From Gemmatimonadota bacterium (GTDB lineage Bacteria; Gemmatimonadota; Gemmatimonadetes; Gemmatimonadales; GWC2-71-9), in contig JANYKV010000063.1 of the NCBI GenBank assembly GCA_025358055.1, positions 11,569-75,568 on the forward strand: a stretch of DNA of 64,000 bases, given 5' to 3'. Within the stretch, counting starts at the first letter, position 1. Every line of letters starts with the position of its first letter. The position numbers and the translations under genes were made by a program. Under the pieces are notes generated by a model that saw nothing but the letters and a program-made list of their open reading frames with translations, had not been told where the DNA came from and ran no database searches. This document shows, piece after piece, positions 1-8,942 of this stretch.

Positions 1-229
1 AAGCACAATGTCTGGAACGAGTTGCACAAGAAAAGAAAACGACCTCACAACCATCATATTGCCCACACTTCCCCCCCTCCTCTCACCCCTCCTCCTCTTG
101 CGTTACCCCTCACCACCACGAAATCCAAAGTCACCTCCATCCCCAGAGGTATCCACGCAACCCTTTCCCCCTGCGCTGGGTCCTATGGGGCACGATATTG
201 GGCGAGTTCCCTAACGTTCGTGGAGTCTA

Positions 230-769
230 GTGGATCAACCGGACCTCATCGCCCGCGCGCTCGCCCGCGAACCCGTCGCCGAGCGTGAATTGTACGAAGC
301 ACACGTGGATCGAATTTACCGGCTTGCCTATCGCATGACCGGAGACTCGGAACTCGCAGCCGACTACTGCCAGGAGACGTTTATCCGCGCCTTTGAACAC
401 CTCGCGACCTTCCGCGGTGAATCGCGTCTCTCTACCTGGCTCACCTCGATCGCGATCTCCGTGATCTATAACGGCCAGCGGAAGGTCAAACGACTTCGAC
501 TCCGTGAAACCGATATCGAAGGGGCGCACATGATTCCCGTGGGAACCCGTCACGCAGAGCCCGACCTCAAAGAACGTCTCGGGCACGCGATTGATCGCCT
601 TCCGGAAGGATACCGTACCGTGTTTCTCATGCACGACGTAGAGGGCTACACCCACGACGAGATTGGCTCCGCCCTCGGAATTCGCGAAGGCACCTCGAAG
701 GCGCAACTCTCACGAGCTCGCGCCAAACTCCGCGAATCGCTCGCGGAATTCGCAGGAGAATGGATATGA
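230..769 (+). CDS. ECF-type RNA polymerase sigma factor (sigma-70 family)
   Basis: 179-aa ORF with a GTG start preceded by GGAG (222-225). Region-2-like YRLAYRMTGD..ADYCQETFIRAF and a region-4 HTH LPEGYRTVFLMHDVEGYTHDEIGSALGIREGTSKAQLSRAR. Confidence 0.9.
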   Translation: MDQPDLIARALAREPVAERELYEAHVDRIYRLAYRMTGDSELAADYCQETFIRAFEHLATFRGESRLSTWLTSIAISVIYNGQRKVKRLRLRETDIEGAHMIPVGTRHAEPDLKERLGHAIDRLPEGYRTVFLMHDVEGYTHDEIGSALGIREGTSKAQLSRARAKLRESLAEFAGEWI

Positions 770-1446
770 ACGACGATCGATTCGACGATCAGCTCCGGCA
801 GCTGGCTGAGGACTTTCACCAGCCTCCGGAAACCCCGACCGCGGAAATGTGGACGCGGATCACTGCGGCCCGAAGCCGCAGTGTATCCCCAACGCCGGGC
901 AATCAACCGAGAGATCCCGACGCCAGCAATGGCGTACTGCCCCTCCGACCACCTTTCGTCCCGTCGCTCCGCCGCTATCTCGGACCGAGCGCCGCCATCG
1001 CCGCGCTCCTACTGTTGGGGATCGGGATCGGTCGCTGGACGAGGAGCGACCCGAAGTCGAACCCGGTCGCCGCGCGGCTGACGACTCCCAGCGGAACACC
1101 CACGGCTGCGCTCCGGGTCGCCCTCGCGGAGCATCTGACCCAGTCCGAGGTGCTCTTGACCAGGCTTCGCACCGAACCCCTTGGGGTCCAGTTCCAAACC
1201 GCCGCGCGCGATTTGCTCTCCACGACCCGGATGCTGTTGGACGCCAAGTCCGCGATGGATCCCAAAGAGCGAACCTTACTGGAAGACTTAGAGCTGGTAC
1301 TGACTCAAATCGCGCTGCTGCAGCCGGCGGACGGCAACGTGGACCTCCCGTTCATCGCCGACGGTCTCACCCAACACAACTTGATGTCGCGGCTCCGGAC
1401 GGCCATCCCCGCCGGGAGAACCTCGGACATCCAAGGAGAACTCTAG
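766..1446 (+). CDS. putative anti-sigma factor (single-pass membrane protein)
   Basis: ATG at 766 overlaps the sigma stop (ATGA 766-769), with GGAG at 755-758. Acidic N-terminal cytoplasmic part, one TM segment (AAIAALLLLGIGIG), and a helical exported C-terminal domain. No HxxxCxxC zinc motif. Role inferred from its position after the ECF sigma gene. The ORF track starts it at 760. Confidence 0.6.
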   Translation: MNDDRFDDQLRQLAEDFHQPPETPTAEMWTRITAARSRSVSPTPGNQPRDPDASNGVLPLRPPFVPSLRRYLGPSAAIAALLLLGIGIGRWTRSDPKSNPVAARLTTPSGTPTAALRVALAEHLTQSEVLLTRLRTEPLGVQFQTAARDLLSTTRMLLDAKSAMDPKERTLLEDLELVLTQIALLQPADGNVDLPFIADGLTQHNLMSRLRTAIPAGRTSDIQGEL

Positions 1447-2988
1447 ATGCGTGCCTTCAAACCGCTCGTCCTCGCGTCCCTCATCCCGTTCTCGATCGGG
1501 TTGGCCCAGGCTCCGACTTCCGAGCTCCGCGAACGGCTCGCCCAGGTGAACGTCGCGCGCGGCCAAGCTGATCTGGCCATCGCCCGCACGTCCCAGGCTC
1601 TCGCGAGGATCGTCAAGGACTGGCCCGACACGGCTCCGACCGGACTGAACGCGCAGCAGGGTCCCCCCGTCGCCTGGCAAGACAAGGATCCGGCCGACTC
1701 GCTCTATCGCCGGGCGCGCGCCGCGCTCAACCGCGCCCAGTATGGGTCCGCTGCCTCCCTCTTTCGCGACATCCGCCTGAAGTATGTTCGCTCGGCGTAC
1801 GCTGCTGACGCCTACTATTGGGAAGCGTACGCCAACTTTCGGCGCGGCGGTACCGAAGCGCTTCGCGCCGCGTTGGAAGCCCTACAGCAACAGCACAAGC
1901 AGTTCCCGGCGGCCGCCACGACCGCGGATGCTCGCAACCTCGAGGGACGAATCCACTCAGTGCTTGCTCGCCAGGGCGACGAAGTCTCGGCCGAAAGCGT
2001 AGTGCGAACTGCGGAAGATGCGGCCAAACCCGAAGCGGCGGAGACGGGGCCGGCGAGAGCTAGCAGAGCTGCCCGGGTCACGCGGAGTACCGGCCGGGGC
2101 GGCAGCTGCCATGAGGATGACAACGACATGCGAGTGGCGGCCCTCAATGCTCTGCTCCAGATGGACGCGGATCGAGCCATTCCGATTCTCAAGAAGGTCC
2201 TTGCCCGGCGGGATGAGGGGTCCGAGTGCTTGCGGCGGAAGGCCGTGTTCCTGGTGTCGCAGCACGAGACCTCCGAAACAGAAACGATTCTGCTGAGTGC
2301 CGCCCGTTCCGACCCTGACGAGGAGGTGCGCCAACAGGCCGTGTTCTGGCTCTCGCAAACCGGGAGCGATCGGGCGGTCGCCGCACTCGACTCGATTCTG
2401 CGCTCCTCCTCCGATGTGGAACTGCAGAAGAAGGCGGTGTTTGCCCTCGCCCAAATGAATAAGCCTCGCGCTCATCAGATCATCCGCGAATTCGCCGAAC
2501 GCGGAGGCGCAAATGACGACGTGCAAGAGCAGGCCATTTTCTGGCTCGGGCAGGAAGGATCGACCGAAGACGCCGAATTCCTCCGCACCCTTTACAAGCG
2601 CCTCAAGAGCGAACGCGTCAAGGAGAAAGTCTTGTTCTCGCTGTCCCAGATGGAAGGCAAAGGGACTTCCAAGTGGCTCGTGGACATCGCTTCGGATCCG
2701 ACTGAATCCATCGAAATGCGGAAGAAGGCACTCTTCTGGGCTGGTCAGAGCGGGACCAGTCTCCCGGAACTCTTTGGATTGTATGACCGCCTGAACAATC
2801 GCGAGATGCGCGAGCAACTGATCTTCGTCTACTCGCAACGCAGTGAAAAAGCGGCTGTCGACCGCCTCATCCAGATCGCCAAGACCGAAAAGGACCCGGA
2901 ACTGCGGAAGAAGGCGCTCTTCTGGCTCTCCCAATCCGGCGATCCGCGCGTCGCAGAGTTGCTGCAGGAGATCCTCGAAAAACCCTGA
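1447..2988 (+). CDS. exported TPR-like / HEAT-repeat protein
   Basis: ATG immediately follows the anti-sigma TAG (1444-1446). Signal peptide MRAFKPLVLASLIPFSIGLAQA, a TPR-like helical N-terminal part, a low-complexity linker, then a HEAT/PBS-lyase-like repeat array. Confidence 0.8.
   Translation: MRAFKPLVLASLIPFSIGLAQAPTSELRERLAQVNVARGQADLAIARTSQALARIVKDWPDTAPTGLNAQQGPPVAWQDKDPADSLYRRARAALNRAQYGSAASLFRDIRLKYVRSAYAADAYYWEAYANFRRGGTEALRAALEALQQQHKQFPAAATTADARNLEGRIHSVLARQGDEVSAESVVRTAEDAAKPEAAETGPARASRAARVTRSTGRGGSCHEDDNDMRVAALNALLQMDADRAIPILKKVLARRDEGSECLRRKAVFLVSQHETSETETILLSAARSDPDEEVRQQAVFWLSQTGSDRAVAALDSILRSSSDVELQKKAVFALAQMNKPRAHQIIREFAERGGANDDVQEQAIFWLGQEGSTEDAEFLRTLYKRLKSERVKEKVLFSLSQMEGKGTSKWLVDIASDPTESIEMRKKALFWAGQSGTSLPELFGLYDRLNNREMREQLIFVYSQRSEKAAVDRLIQIAKTEKDPELRKKALFWLSQSGDPRVAELLQEILEKP
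2119..2985 (+). repeat. intragenic tandem protein repeats (period 30-33 aa, HEAT-like)
   Basis: Eight clear cores at aa 264, 295, 327, 360, 392, 425, 455 and 487: RRKAVFLVSQ, RQQAVFWLSQ, QKKAVFALAQ, QEQAIFWLGQ, KEKVLFSLSQ, RKKALFWAGQ, REQLIFVYSQ, RKKALFWLSQ. One degenerate unit precedes them. Confidence 0.8.
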
Positions 2989-3049
2989 GGCTCATCGTCT
3001 TTGGACGAGGAAGCTCCACAATCGCGCATTACAACGAGAGGAAGTCCCT

Positions 3050-3859
3050 GTGAATCGCGCATCCATTGTCGGCATCGCCGTAGGTCTCGTTCTTCGGGGG
3101 CACATCTTGGCGGCGCAGTCTGTGGCGGACCGGGTCAACGCCGCACCCGACGGCATCGTACGGATCGCTTACGCGGCACGGCCCGGGGTCTGTGGCGACG
3201 GGCACAGCTTCATTCGGGACCGGAGCCGAGGGGACAACGCGACCTACGGGAGCTACAACTCGGACGACGACCGAAAGGGAAAGTGCGGGTGGAACAACTG
3301 TGAGGACGGCCCGGTCCGCGTCGCCCTCTCAGTCCGTGGGCACCAAGTCAGCCGGATTCGGGTGTACGTGGGCGGTACTTGGCCCGCCGCCACATCAGGC
3401 ACAGTGGACCTCGGGATGATTGCGGCGCATCAGGCGTTCGATTACCTCCTCGGTATGGCGTCGGATCCGCGCCACAGTGCGGGCGAGGAGGGGGTCTTCG
3501 CGGCGACCATCGCCGACTCCGTCACCGCGTGGCCTTCACTCCTTCACCTCGCACGCAACACCACTGCGCCGAGACGGAGCCGCGAACAGGCGGTGTTCTG
3601 GCTCGGCCAGCTCGCCGGCGACGCGGCCACCAAAGGTCTTAGCGACTTCATTGAAGACGACGCGGAAGATCGCCAAGTACGCGAACATGCCGTCTTCGCG
3701 CTCTCTCAGTTGCCGCATGACACCGGCGTGCCGGTGCTGGTCAAGGTCGCGCGGACCAACAAGGATCCGGAAATCCGCCGGAAGGCTCTGTTCTGGCTGG
3801 GTCAATCAGAGGACCCGCGCGCGTTGGCATTGTTCGAAGAGATTCTGTCGAAGCGATGA
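3050..3859 (+). CDS. exported HEAT-repeat protein, shorter paralogue of the 1447-2988 gene
   Basis: GTG at 3050 with GAGAGG upstream. The longer ORF-track start (2843) overlaps the previous gene. Signal-like N-terminus VNRASIVGIAVGLVLRGHILAAQS, a Cys-containing N-domain, then cores REQAVFWLGQ, REHAVFALSQ, RRKALFWLGQ. The C-terminal ~30 aa are nearly colinear with the upstream paralogue's C-terminus. Confidence 0.75.
   Translation: MNRASIVGIAVGLVLRGHILAAQSVADRVNAAPDGIVRIAYAARPGVCGDGHSFIRDRSRGDNATYGSYNSDDDRKGKCGWNNCEDGPVRVALSVRGHQVSRIRVYVGGTWPAATSGTVDLGMIAAHQAFDYLLGMASDPRHSAGEEGVFAATIADSVTAWPSLLHLARNTTAPRRSREQAVFWLGQLAGDAATKGLSDFIEDDAEDRQVREHAVFALSQLPHDTGVPVLVKVARTNKDPEIRRKALFWLGQSEDPRALALFEEILSKR
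3478..3856 (+). repeat. intragenic HEAT-like repeats (3 clear units plus 1 degenerate)
   Basis: Same A-[VL]-F-[WA]-L-[GS]-Q core as the array at 2119-2985. Confidence 0.7.
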
Positions 3860-3874
3860 CGCGGCGGGGCCCAG

Positions 3875-4936
3875 CTAGGGCCTCCATCCAGCATTGATCC
3901 GGAGGGCGGGTGATTTTCGGCTGAGGCGAAAGACCACGCTGTCGGCGAACAACGGATCAGCATCGGTGTTCCCCCGGCCGGGGAAGCGACCCTCCACGAC
4001 ATTATCTGTCAACACGGGTGGCCGAGTCCGCGGGAATCCAATCGCGGCGCCGTTTGACTGTTGATTCCCCCACACAATGTTCTTCCGCATGGTGAGGATA
4101 GTGTTTGAGATGAACAGTCCGCCGGCGGAACCGCCTGGACCAGGCGGAGGGCTCGCCGGGTCGTGTGCTCTAGCGGTATTATGCACGATCGTGTTGTTCT
4201 CGAGGACATTCCTCAAGCGTTTGCTGAAATGGCCGACCGCCCAGACACCGGCCCCTCCGAAATCCTCGCCTCCGGAGTTACCCACGATCAGGTTGTTTCG
4301 CAGTTGGGCGGCGGCGTAAAATAGTACGACACCGGCGCCGTAGCGGCCCCGGTTATCCCGAACGATGTTGTGCTCGATGATGGGATCCGCGAACCCCACT
4401 CGAATCCCGCCGCCCCCGGCACTGAGCATCCCCGGCGCAACGAGAATCGCCTCATTGCCCTCGATCACGTTGTTCCGAATGGTAGGACCCGCTAGGTCGA
4501 CGAGGACGCCTCCCCCCTCACGGAACGGAACCTTGTCCTTGTTGTCGTACCAGACTGTCCCCTTTCCACCGGTCAGGGTGAACCCCTCGAGTACCGCCGT
4601 CGAGTCTTCAAACTGATAAATCAGGACCACACTTGCGGAGTCCGGATGGCGCGGACGGCTCCCATCGATGATGGTCCGGTCGATCAAGCCAGGATCGTGG
4701 TGAAGGATGAACTCACTCGCGACCACGATGTTTTGGCCTTGGAATCGGATGTTCTCGTAGTAGCGTCCGGGCGCCACCAGAACCGTATCCCCGGTCCGAG
4801 CCGAATCGATTGCCGCTTGGATACTTTGGAACTGCCCCGGCACCGCGAGCCGGCGGTGGAGTGTCTGCGGGTGAGCACCTGAAGCCCCAAAGGTGACGAC
4901 GAGGACACCAAGCACCACGCGACACGGTAGGGGCAT
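3875..4936 (-). CDS. secreted right-handed parallel beta-helix repeat protein
   Basis: Start taken at MPLPCRVVLGVLVVTFGASGAHPQ (ATG 4936, GGAG 6 nt upstream). Repeated N-x-[IV]-x-x-N turns (NNVIEGNEAI, HNIVRDNRG, NNLIVGNSGG, NNTIVHNTA, KNIVWGNQQ) typical of pectate-lyase-fold proteins. Confidence 0.75.
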   Translation of the reverse strand: MPLPCRVVLGVLVVTFGASGAHPQTLHRRLAVPGQFQSIQAAIDSARTGDTVLVAPGRYYENIRFQGQNIVVASEFILHHDPGLIDRTIIDGSRPRHPDSASVVLIYQFEDSTAVLEGFTLTGGKGTVWYDNKDKVPFREGGGVLVDLAGPTIRNNVIEGNEAILVAPGMLSAGGGGIRVGFADPIIEHNIVRDNRGRYGAGVVLFYAAAQLRNNLIVGNSGGEDFGGAGVWAVGHFSKRLRNVLENNTIVHNTARAHDPASPPPGPGGSAGGLFISNTILTMRKNIVWGNQQSNGAAIGFPRTRPPVLTDNVVEGRFPGRGNTDADPLFADSVVFRLSRKSPALRINAGWRP

Positions 4937-5155
4937 TGTTGACTCCAAACCAGTGGACCCCAACCCGGGAGGGGTCGGAGTGTGGAACGGCGAAATATGC
5001 AACCGAAGCGGCGCTTCCCGAATCTCAACAACAGCTGACCGAGTCTCGTATCAGTGTGGTCCTGGGGGCTAATAGCGTTCCAGGGCCACTTTGATTAGTA
5101 ATTGGGGTTCGAGGATCGGCTACGGCGGCCCTACACCCCTGACATCCATCTTGCG

Positions 5156-5199
5156 AATTCGGGGGCATAAACCATGCAGTACCAAATGGTTCCCGAATT
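5156..5199 (+). promoter_or_regulatory. nested inverted repeat / stem-loop in the 5' leader of the S41 peptidase gene
   Basis: Outer arms AATTCGGG (5156-5163) and CCCGAATT (5192-5199). Inner arms AACCAT (5170-5175) and ATGGTT (5186-5191) around a 10-nt loop. Ends 3 nt before the GGAGA Shine-Dalgarno (5203-5207) of the ATG at 5215. Confidence 0.35.
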
Positions 5200-5214
5200 A
5201 TTGGAGACGTAGGC

Positions 5215-6804
5215 ATGACACGCAATCGGATCATCGCCACCATCGCGCTCATCGGCTTACCCCTCGGGGTGGGCGCCTTCATGTGGCAGGCCCGAGAGCA
5301 GGACGGAGCGCGCCTCTTCGCCCAGGTACTGCAACGAGTCACCGACAGTTCGGTCGACTCCATGTCAATGAACGCTGTCTATGAGAAAGCCGCGCGAGGC
5401 CTCATCAAGGGCTTGAACGATCCCTACGCCGATCTCTACAGCCCTGAAGAGCTCAAGTCGTTCCAACGCAACACTCTCGGCAACAATTACGGTGGCGTTG
5501 GAATGCAGATCGAGAGCCAGGATGGGTTCATTACGGTCGCCCGCGTGTTTCCAAATACGCCTGGTGAGTCCGGTGGGGTTGTCGCCGGCGACCGGATCCT
5601 GGCTGTAGATAGCGTCCCAGTGACGGGCCTGAAGCTCGATGCCGTCTCCGCGAAGCTCACCGGGACCCCGGGTACCACGGTGAATGTCATCTTCACGCGC
5701 GAGGGCGTGGGCGAGCGGATCCACACCAAGTTTACCCGGGCAATCATCCGGGTCCCCGCCGTTCCTTTCACCCTGATGCTCGATGGCAAGATCGGGTATG
5801 TGCCGCTACAGCGCTTCAATGAGTCCGCCGCGCAGGACATCGAGCGCGCCGTCTCGGATCTCAAGACCCGGGGCGCGGTGGGGTATGTCCTGGATCTCCG
5901 CGGGAACCCCGGCGGGAGCCTCGATCAGTCCCTCGAAATAGGCAATTTGTTTCTCAAGAAGGGTCAAGAGCTCGCCCGGGTAAAACACCGGGGCCGCCCG
6001 CCCGAAGTCTACAACGCCAACCGGACGTCCATTGTCGATTCAACGCGGATGATAGTGTTGATCGACGGCTCGGCCGCCTCAGCGTCGGAGATCGTGGCCG
6101 GGACTCTCCAGGATCACGATCGTGCGCTGGTTGTGGGCACGACCTCGTTTGGCAAAGGGCTGGTCCAAACACTCTACCCACTTGAAGGCGGATGGTCGCT
6201 CAAGCTCACTACCGGAAAGTGGTACACGCCGAGTGGGCGGTCGATCCAGAAGGAGCACAAACAGCTCGAAGACAGCCGATTTGTGGAAGACGGGCCGGCG
6301 GCCGACTCCGCGGAGACCGATTCGGCTCGGAAGGCGCGACCGATGTTCCGGTCCGACGCGGGCCGAACGGTGTACGGTGGGGGTGGAATCATTCCCGATG
6401 TCATCGTACCAGCCGATACACTCCCGGCCGAAGAACAGGAATTCTTGAAGGCGATTGGGGCCAAGTTCCAGCAATTCTATGTGGCGGTGTACGGATTCAG
6501 CCGGGAGATGAAGGGGAACGTCAAGCCAGGTTTCATCATTCAACCCGAGTGGCGCAACAATATCTATGATCGGCTCGTGAAAGCGGGCGTCACCCTGGAT
6601 CGCAAGGTCTACGATCGGGCCAGTAACTACGTCGAGCGTCAGCTCACCATTCGGCTCTCGAGCCTCGCCTTCGGCGATTCCGCGGCGTTTCGGCGGATCA
6701 GCCCGATCGACAATCAACTTCAGTCCGCATTGGCCCTCCTTCGCAAGGGAACCACCCAGCGGGAATTGCTCACGCTCGCGACGGCGCAGAAACCCTCAAG
6801 ATAG
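5215..6804 (+). CDS. S41 family C-terminal processing peptidase with PDZ domain
   Basis: 529 aa. PDZ-like GGVGMQIE..VFPNTPGESGGVVAGDRILAVD, the LDLRGNPGG motif, a catalytic Ser context LIDGSAASASEIVAG, and a Lys context TSFGKGLVQ. Confidence 0.9.
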   Translation: MTRNRIIATIALIGLPLGVGAFMWQAREQDGARLFAQVLQRVTDSSVDSMSMNAVYEKAARGLIKGLNDPYADLYSPEELKSFQRNTLGNNYGGVGMQIESQDGFITVARVFPNTPGESGGVVAGDRILAVDSVPVTGLKLDAVSAKLTGTPGTTVNVIFTREGVGERIHTKFTRAIIRVPAVPFTLMLDGKIGYVPLQRFNESAAQDIERAVSDLKTRGAVGYVLDLRGNPGGSLDQSLEIGNLFLKKGQELARVKHRGRPPEVYNANRTSIVDSTRMIVLIDGSAASASEIVAGTLQDHDRALVVGTTSFGKGLVQTLYPLEGGWSLKLTTGKWYTPSGRSIQKEHKQLEDSRFVEDGPAADSAETDSARKARPMFRSDAGRTVYGGGGIIPDVIVPADTLPAEEQEFLKAIGAKFQQFYVAVYGFSREMKGNVKPGFIIQPEWRNNIYDRLVKAGVTLDRKVYDRASNYVERQLTIRLSSLAFGDSAAFRRISPIDNQLQSALALLRKGTTQRELLTLATAQKPSR

Positions 6805-6916
6805 GCCCCTTTTGGCCGAGTCGGACGGCCTCTTTGTTCCTCAGGCTCCCTGGAACCGGGAGCCTGAGGTATTTTCAGGGGTCCGTGTTCTCCGCCCTAA
6901 CTCTACCGGGTGCCAT

Positions 6917-8938
6917 GTGATCACACCTTCTCTTCTCACGGCGTTGCTTCTCTCGTTGACGCTCATATCGGCGAGTGCCGCGGTTGCTCAGACTCCAACG
7001 AAGCGGGCGATCGTCCCCACGGATCTCTATCGCCTAAAAAACCTCGGCTCACCGGAGATTTCCCCCGACGGCAAGTGGGTTGCCTATACCGTGAGCACCG
7101 CAGATTCGGCCAAGGACAAAAACAACACCGATGTGTGGATGACGGCGTGGGATGGGAACCGCACTATCCGGTTGACCTCCAGCGCCGACGACGAGCATTC
7201 CCCCAAATGGAGTCCGGACGGTCGGTATCTTTCCTTCCTGTCCGGCCGTCAAGGCGGCGAGAACGGAGCGCAACTCTGGTTGCTCGATCGCGCCGGCGGT
7301 GAGGCCGAGAAGGTCACTGACGTTAAGGGTGGGCTCGCCGACTACGATTGGGCTCCTGATGGTAAGCGCCTCGTCTTTGTGCAAGAGGATCCGGACACGT
7401 CCAAGGCCGATACGACCAAGAGCGCCAAGCCCATCGTGATCGACCGGTGGGCCTTCAAACAAGATGGCACGGGATATCTCACCAAGAAGCGATCCCACCT
7501 GTACCTCTTTGATCTACCGACGCGCAAAGTGAATCAGCTCACGTCCGGGGAGTATGACGATGCGGCCCCGGCCTGGTCCCCCGATGGACGATGGATCGCT
7601 TTCGGCAGCAAACGAGGGCCCGACGCCGATCGAAGCGACAATTGGGATCTCTTTGTGGTCGAACCCCACGTTGGGGCGGAGCTGAAGCGACTCACAACCT
7701 TCCCGGGGCAGGACGCCGCGCCGGGTGGAGGCCGCCATCCCAGCTGGAGCGCCGACAGCCGGATGATTGCGTATAGCCAGGGCGGCGATCCCGCATTTTG
7801 GGCCTATAACAACGTCCGAGTGGCGGTCGTCCCGGTCGATGGGAAATCCCCCCGTGTCCTGACCGAAGCGTTGGATCGCCAGGTCTTCAGTCCGCAGTGG
7901 GGCCCGGACGGGAAATCCATTTACGGGCTACTCGAGGACGACCGCACAGTCCAGCTGGCAAGAGTGACGCTCGAAAACGGTGTTGAACGACTCACGTCGG
8001 GGCCGGAGACGCTGAGCGAACTCGCGGTGGGCACAGAAGGGAAGATCGCGGCAATCGTGAGCAGCGATCTGGAGCCCGAAGAGGTGGTGGTGTTCGAGAA
8101 CGGCCGGCTTCGAAGACTCACCCACCACAACGACTCCGTCGCTGCCGAATTACAGCTGGTGAAGGCGGAGGACCTCACCTCGACCAGCAAGGATGGGACG
8201 ATTGTCAACGCCCTACTCTATCGCCCCGCTGGCGCCAAGCCAGGCGAGAAGCTCCCCCTCGTATTGTTCATTCACGGCGGTCCATTCGGCCAGGACCAAC
8301 ACGAGTTTTCCCTCCGCCACCAGGTGTTTGCCGCGAAAGGCTTCGCCGTGCTCTCGGTGAACTACCGTGGCAGCTCGGGCCGGGGGGAGGCCTATAGCCG
8401 AGCCATCTTCGCCGACTGGGGCAATCGAGAGGTCATGGATCTTCTCGGCTCGGTGGACAAGACGGTCGCCATGGGCGTCGCCGACCCCAACCGGATGGCG
8501 CTCGGCGGCTGGAGTTATGGCGGCATCCTGACCGACTATACGATCGCCACCGACACGCGATTCAAAGCCGGCGTGGCCGGCGCGGGAAGCGCCAACCAAC
8601 TCACTATGTACGGGACAGACCAGTATGTGTTCCAATATGAGCACGAGCTCGGATCGCCCTGGAAAAACCCGGACGCGTGGATCAAGGTGTCGTATCCGTT
8701 CTTTCACGCGGATCGGATCAAAACGCCGACCCTTTACATGGGTGGAGACAAAGACATGAACGTCCCGATCACAGGAGGTGAGCAGATGTACCAGGCCCTC
8801 AAAACGCTCGGCATCGAGACGCAGCTCGTGATCTATCCGGGCATGTACCATTCGGCCACCACGCCCAGTTTTCGCCGGGATATCATGGAGCGCTACGTAG
8901 CGTGGTGGAGCAAGTACCTCAAGCCAATGGTGCCGTAG
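6917..8938 (+). CDS. S9 family prolyl oligopeptidase / acylaminoacyl-peptidase with N-terminal TolB-like beta-propeller
   Basis: In-frame GTG at 6917 gives the signal peptide VITPSLLTALLLSLTLISASAAVAQ. Repeated SPDG.W motifs in the propeller. Nucleophile elbow GGWSYGG, then GDKDMNVP and YPGMYHS (Asp/His). The ORF-track start is 6812. Confidence 0.85.
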   Translation: MITPSLLTALLLSLTLISASAAVAQTPTKRAIVPTDLYRLKNLGSPEISPDGKWVAYTVSTADSAKDKNNTDVWMTAWDGNRTIRLTSSADDEHSPKWSPDGRYLSFLSGRQGGENGAQLWLLDRAGGEAEKVTDVKGGLADYDWAPDGKRLVFVQEDPDTSKADTTKSAKPIVIDRWAFKQDGTGYLTKKRSHLYLFDLPTRKVNQLTSGEYDDAAPAWSPDGRWIAFGSKRGPDADRSDNWDLFVVEPHVGAELKRLTTFPGQDAAPGGGRHPSWSADSRMIAYSQGGDPAFWAYNNVRVAVVPVDGKSPRVLTEALDRQVFSPQWGPDGKSIYGLLEDDRTVQLARVTLENGVERLTSGPETLSELAVGTEGKIAAIVSSDLEPEEVVVFENGRLRRLTHHNDSVAAELQLVKAEDLTSTSKDGTIVNALLYRPAGAKPGEKLPLVLFIHGGPFGQDQHEFSLRHQVFAAKGFAVLSVNYRGSSGRGEAYSRAIFADWGNREVMDLLGSVDKTVAMGVADPNRMALGGWSYGGILTDYTIATDTRFKAGVAGAGSANQLTMYGTDQYVFQYEHELGSPWKNPDAWIKVSYPFFHADRIKTPTLYMGGDKDMNVPITGGEQMYQALKTLGIETQLVIYPGMYHSATTPSFRRDIMERYVAWWSKYLKPMVP

Positions 8939-8942
8939 TCAG

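Noticed and set aside
1-57. Possible 5' end of a minus-strand gene leaving the window (ATGATG at 57-52, then MMVVRSFSFLVQLVPDIVL...)
   Set aside because: Only 19 codons are visible. It is hydrophobic and plausible as a signal peptide, but far too short to call. The plus-strand frame open from 1 to 288 has Pro/His/Lys-rich composition and overlaps the sigma gene, so that was also not called.
61-130. G-quadruplex on the minus strand of the pyrimidine tract
   Set aside because: The G-runs of three or more are separated by loops much longer than about 7 nt, so it does not meet the canonical G4 pattern.
157-183. Possible ECF-type autoregulatory promoter GCAACC-N17-GTCC upstream of the sigma gene
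   Set aside because: It only loosely resembles GAAC-N16/17-CGTC-type ECF promoters, and I have no group-specific consensus to compare with. It is not supportable without transcription-start data or orthologue alignment.
211-224. CTAACGTTCGTGGA, a partial match to the PaaR-type CNAACGNNCGTTNG pattern, just upstream of the ECF sigma start
   Set aside because: One constrained position in the second half-site is mismatched (CGTG where the pattern requires CGTT). It overlaps the Shine-Dalgarno and there is no functional link to acyl-CoA genes, so it is probably chance.
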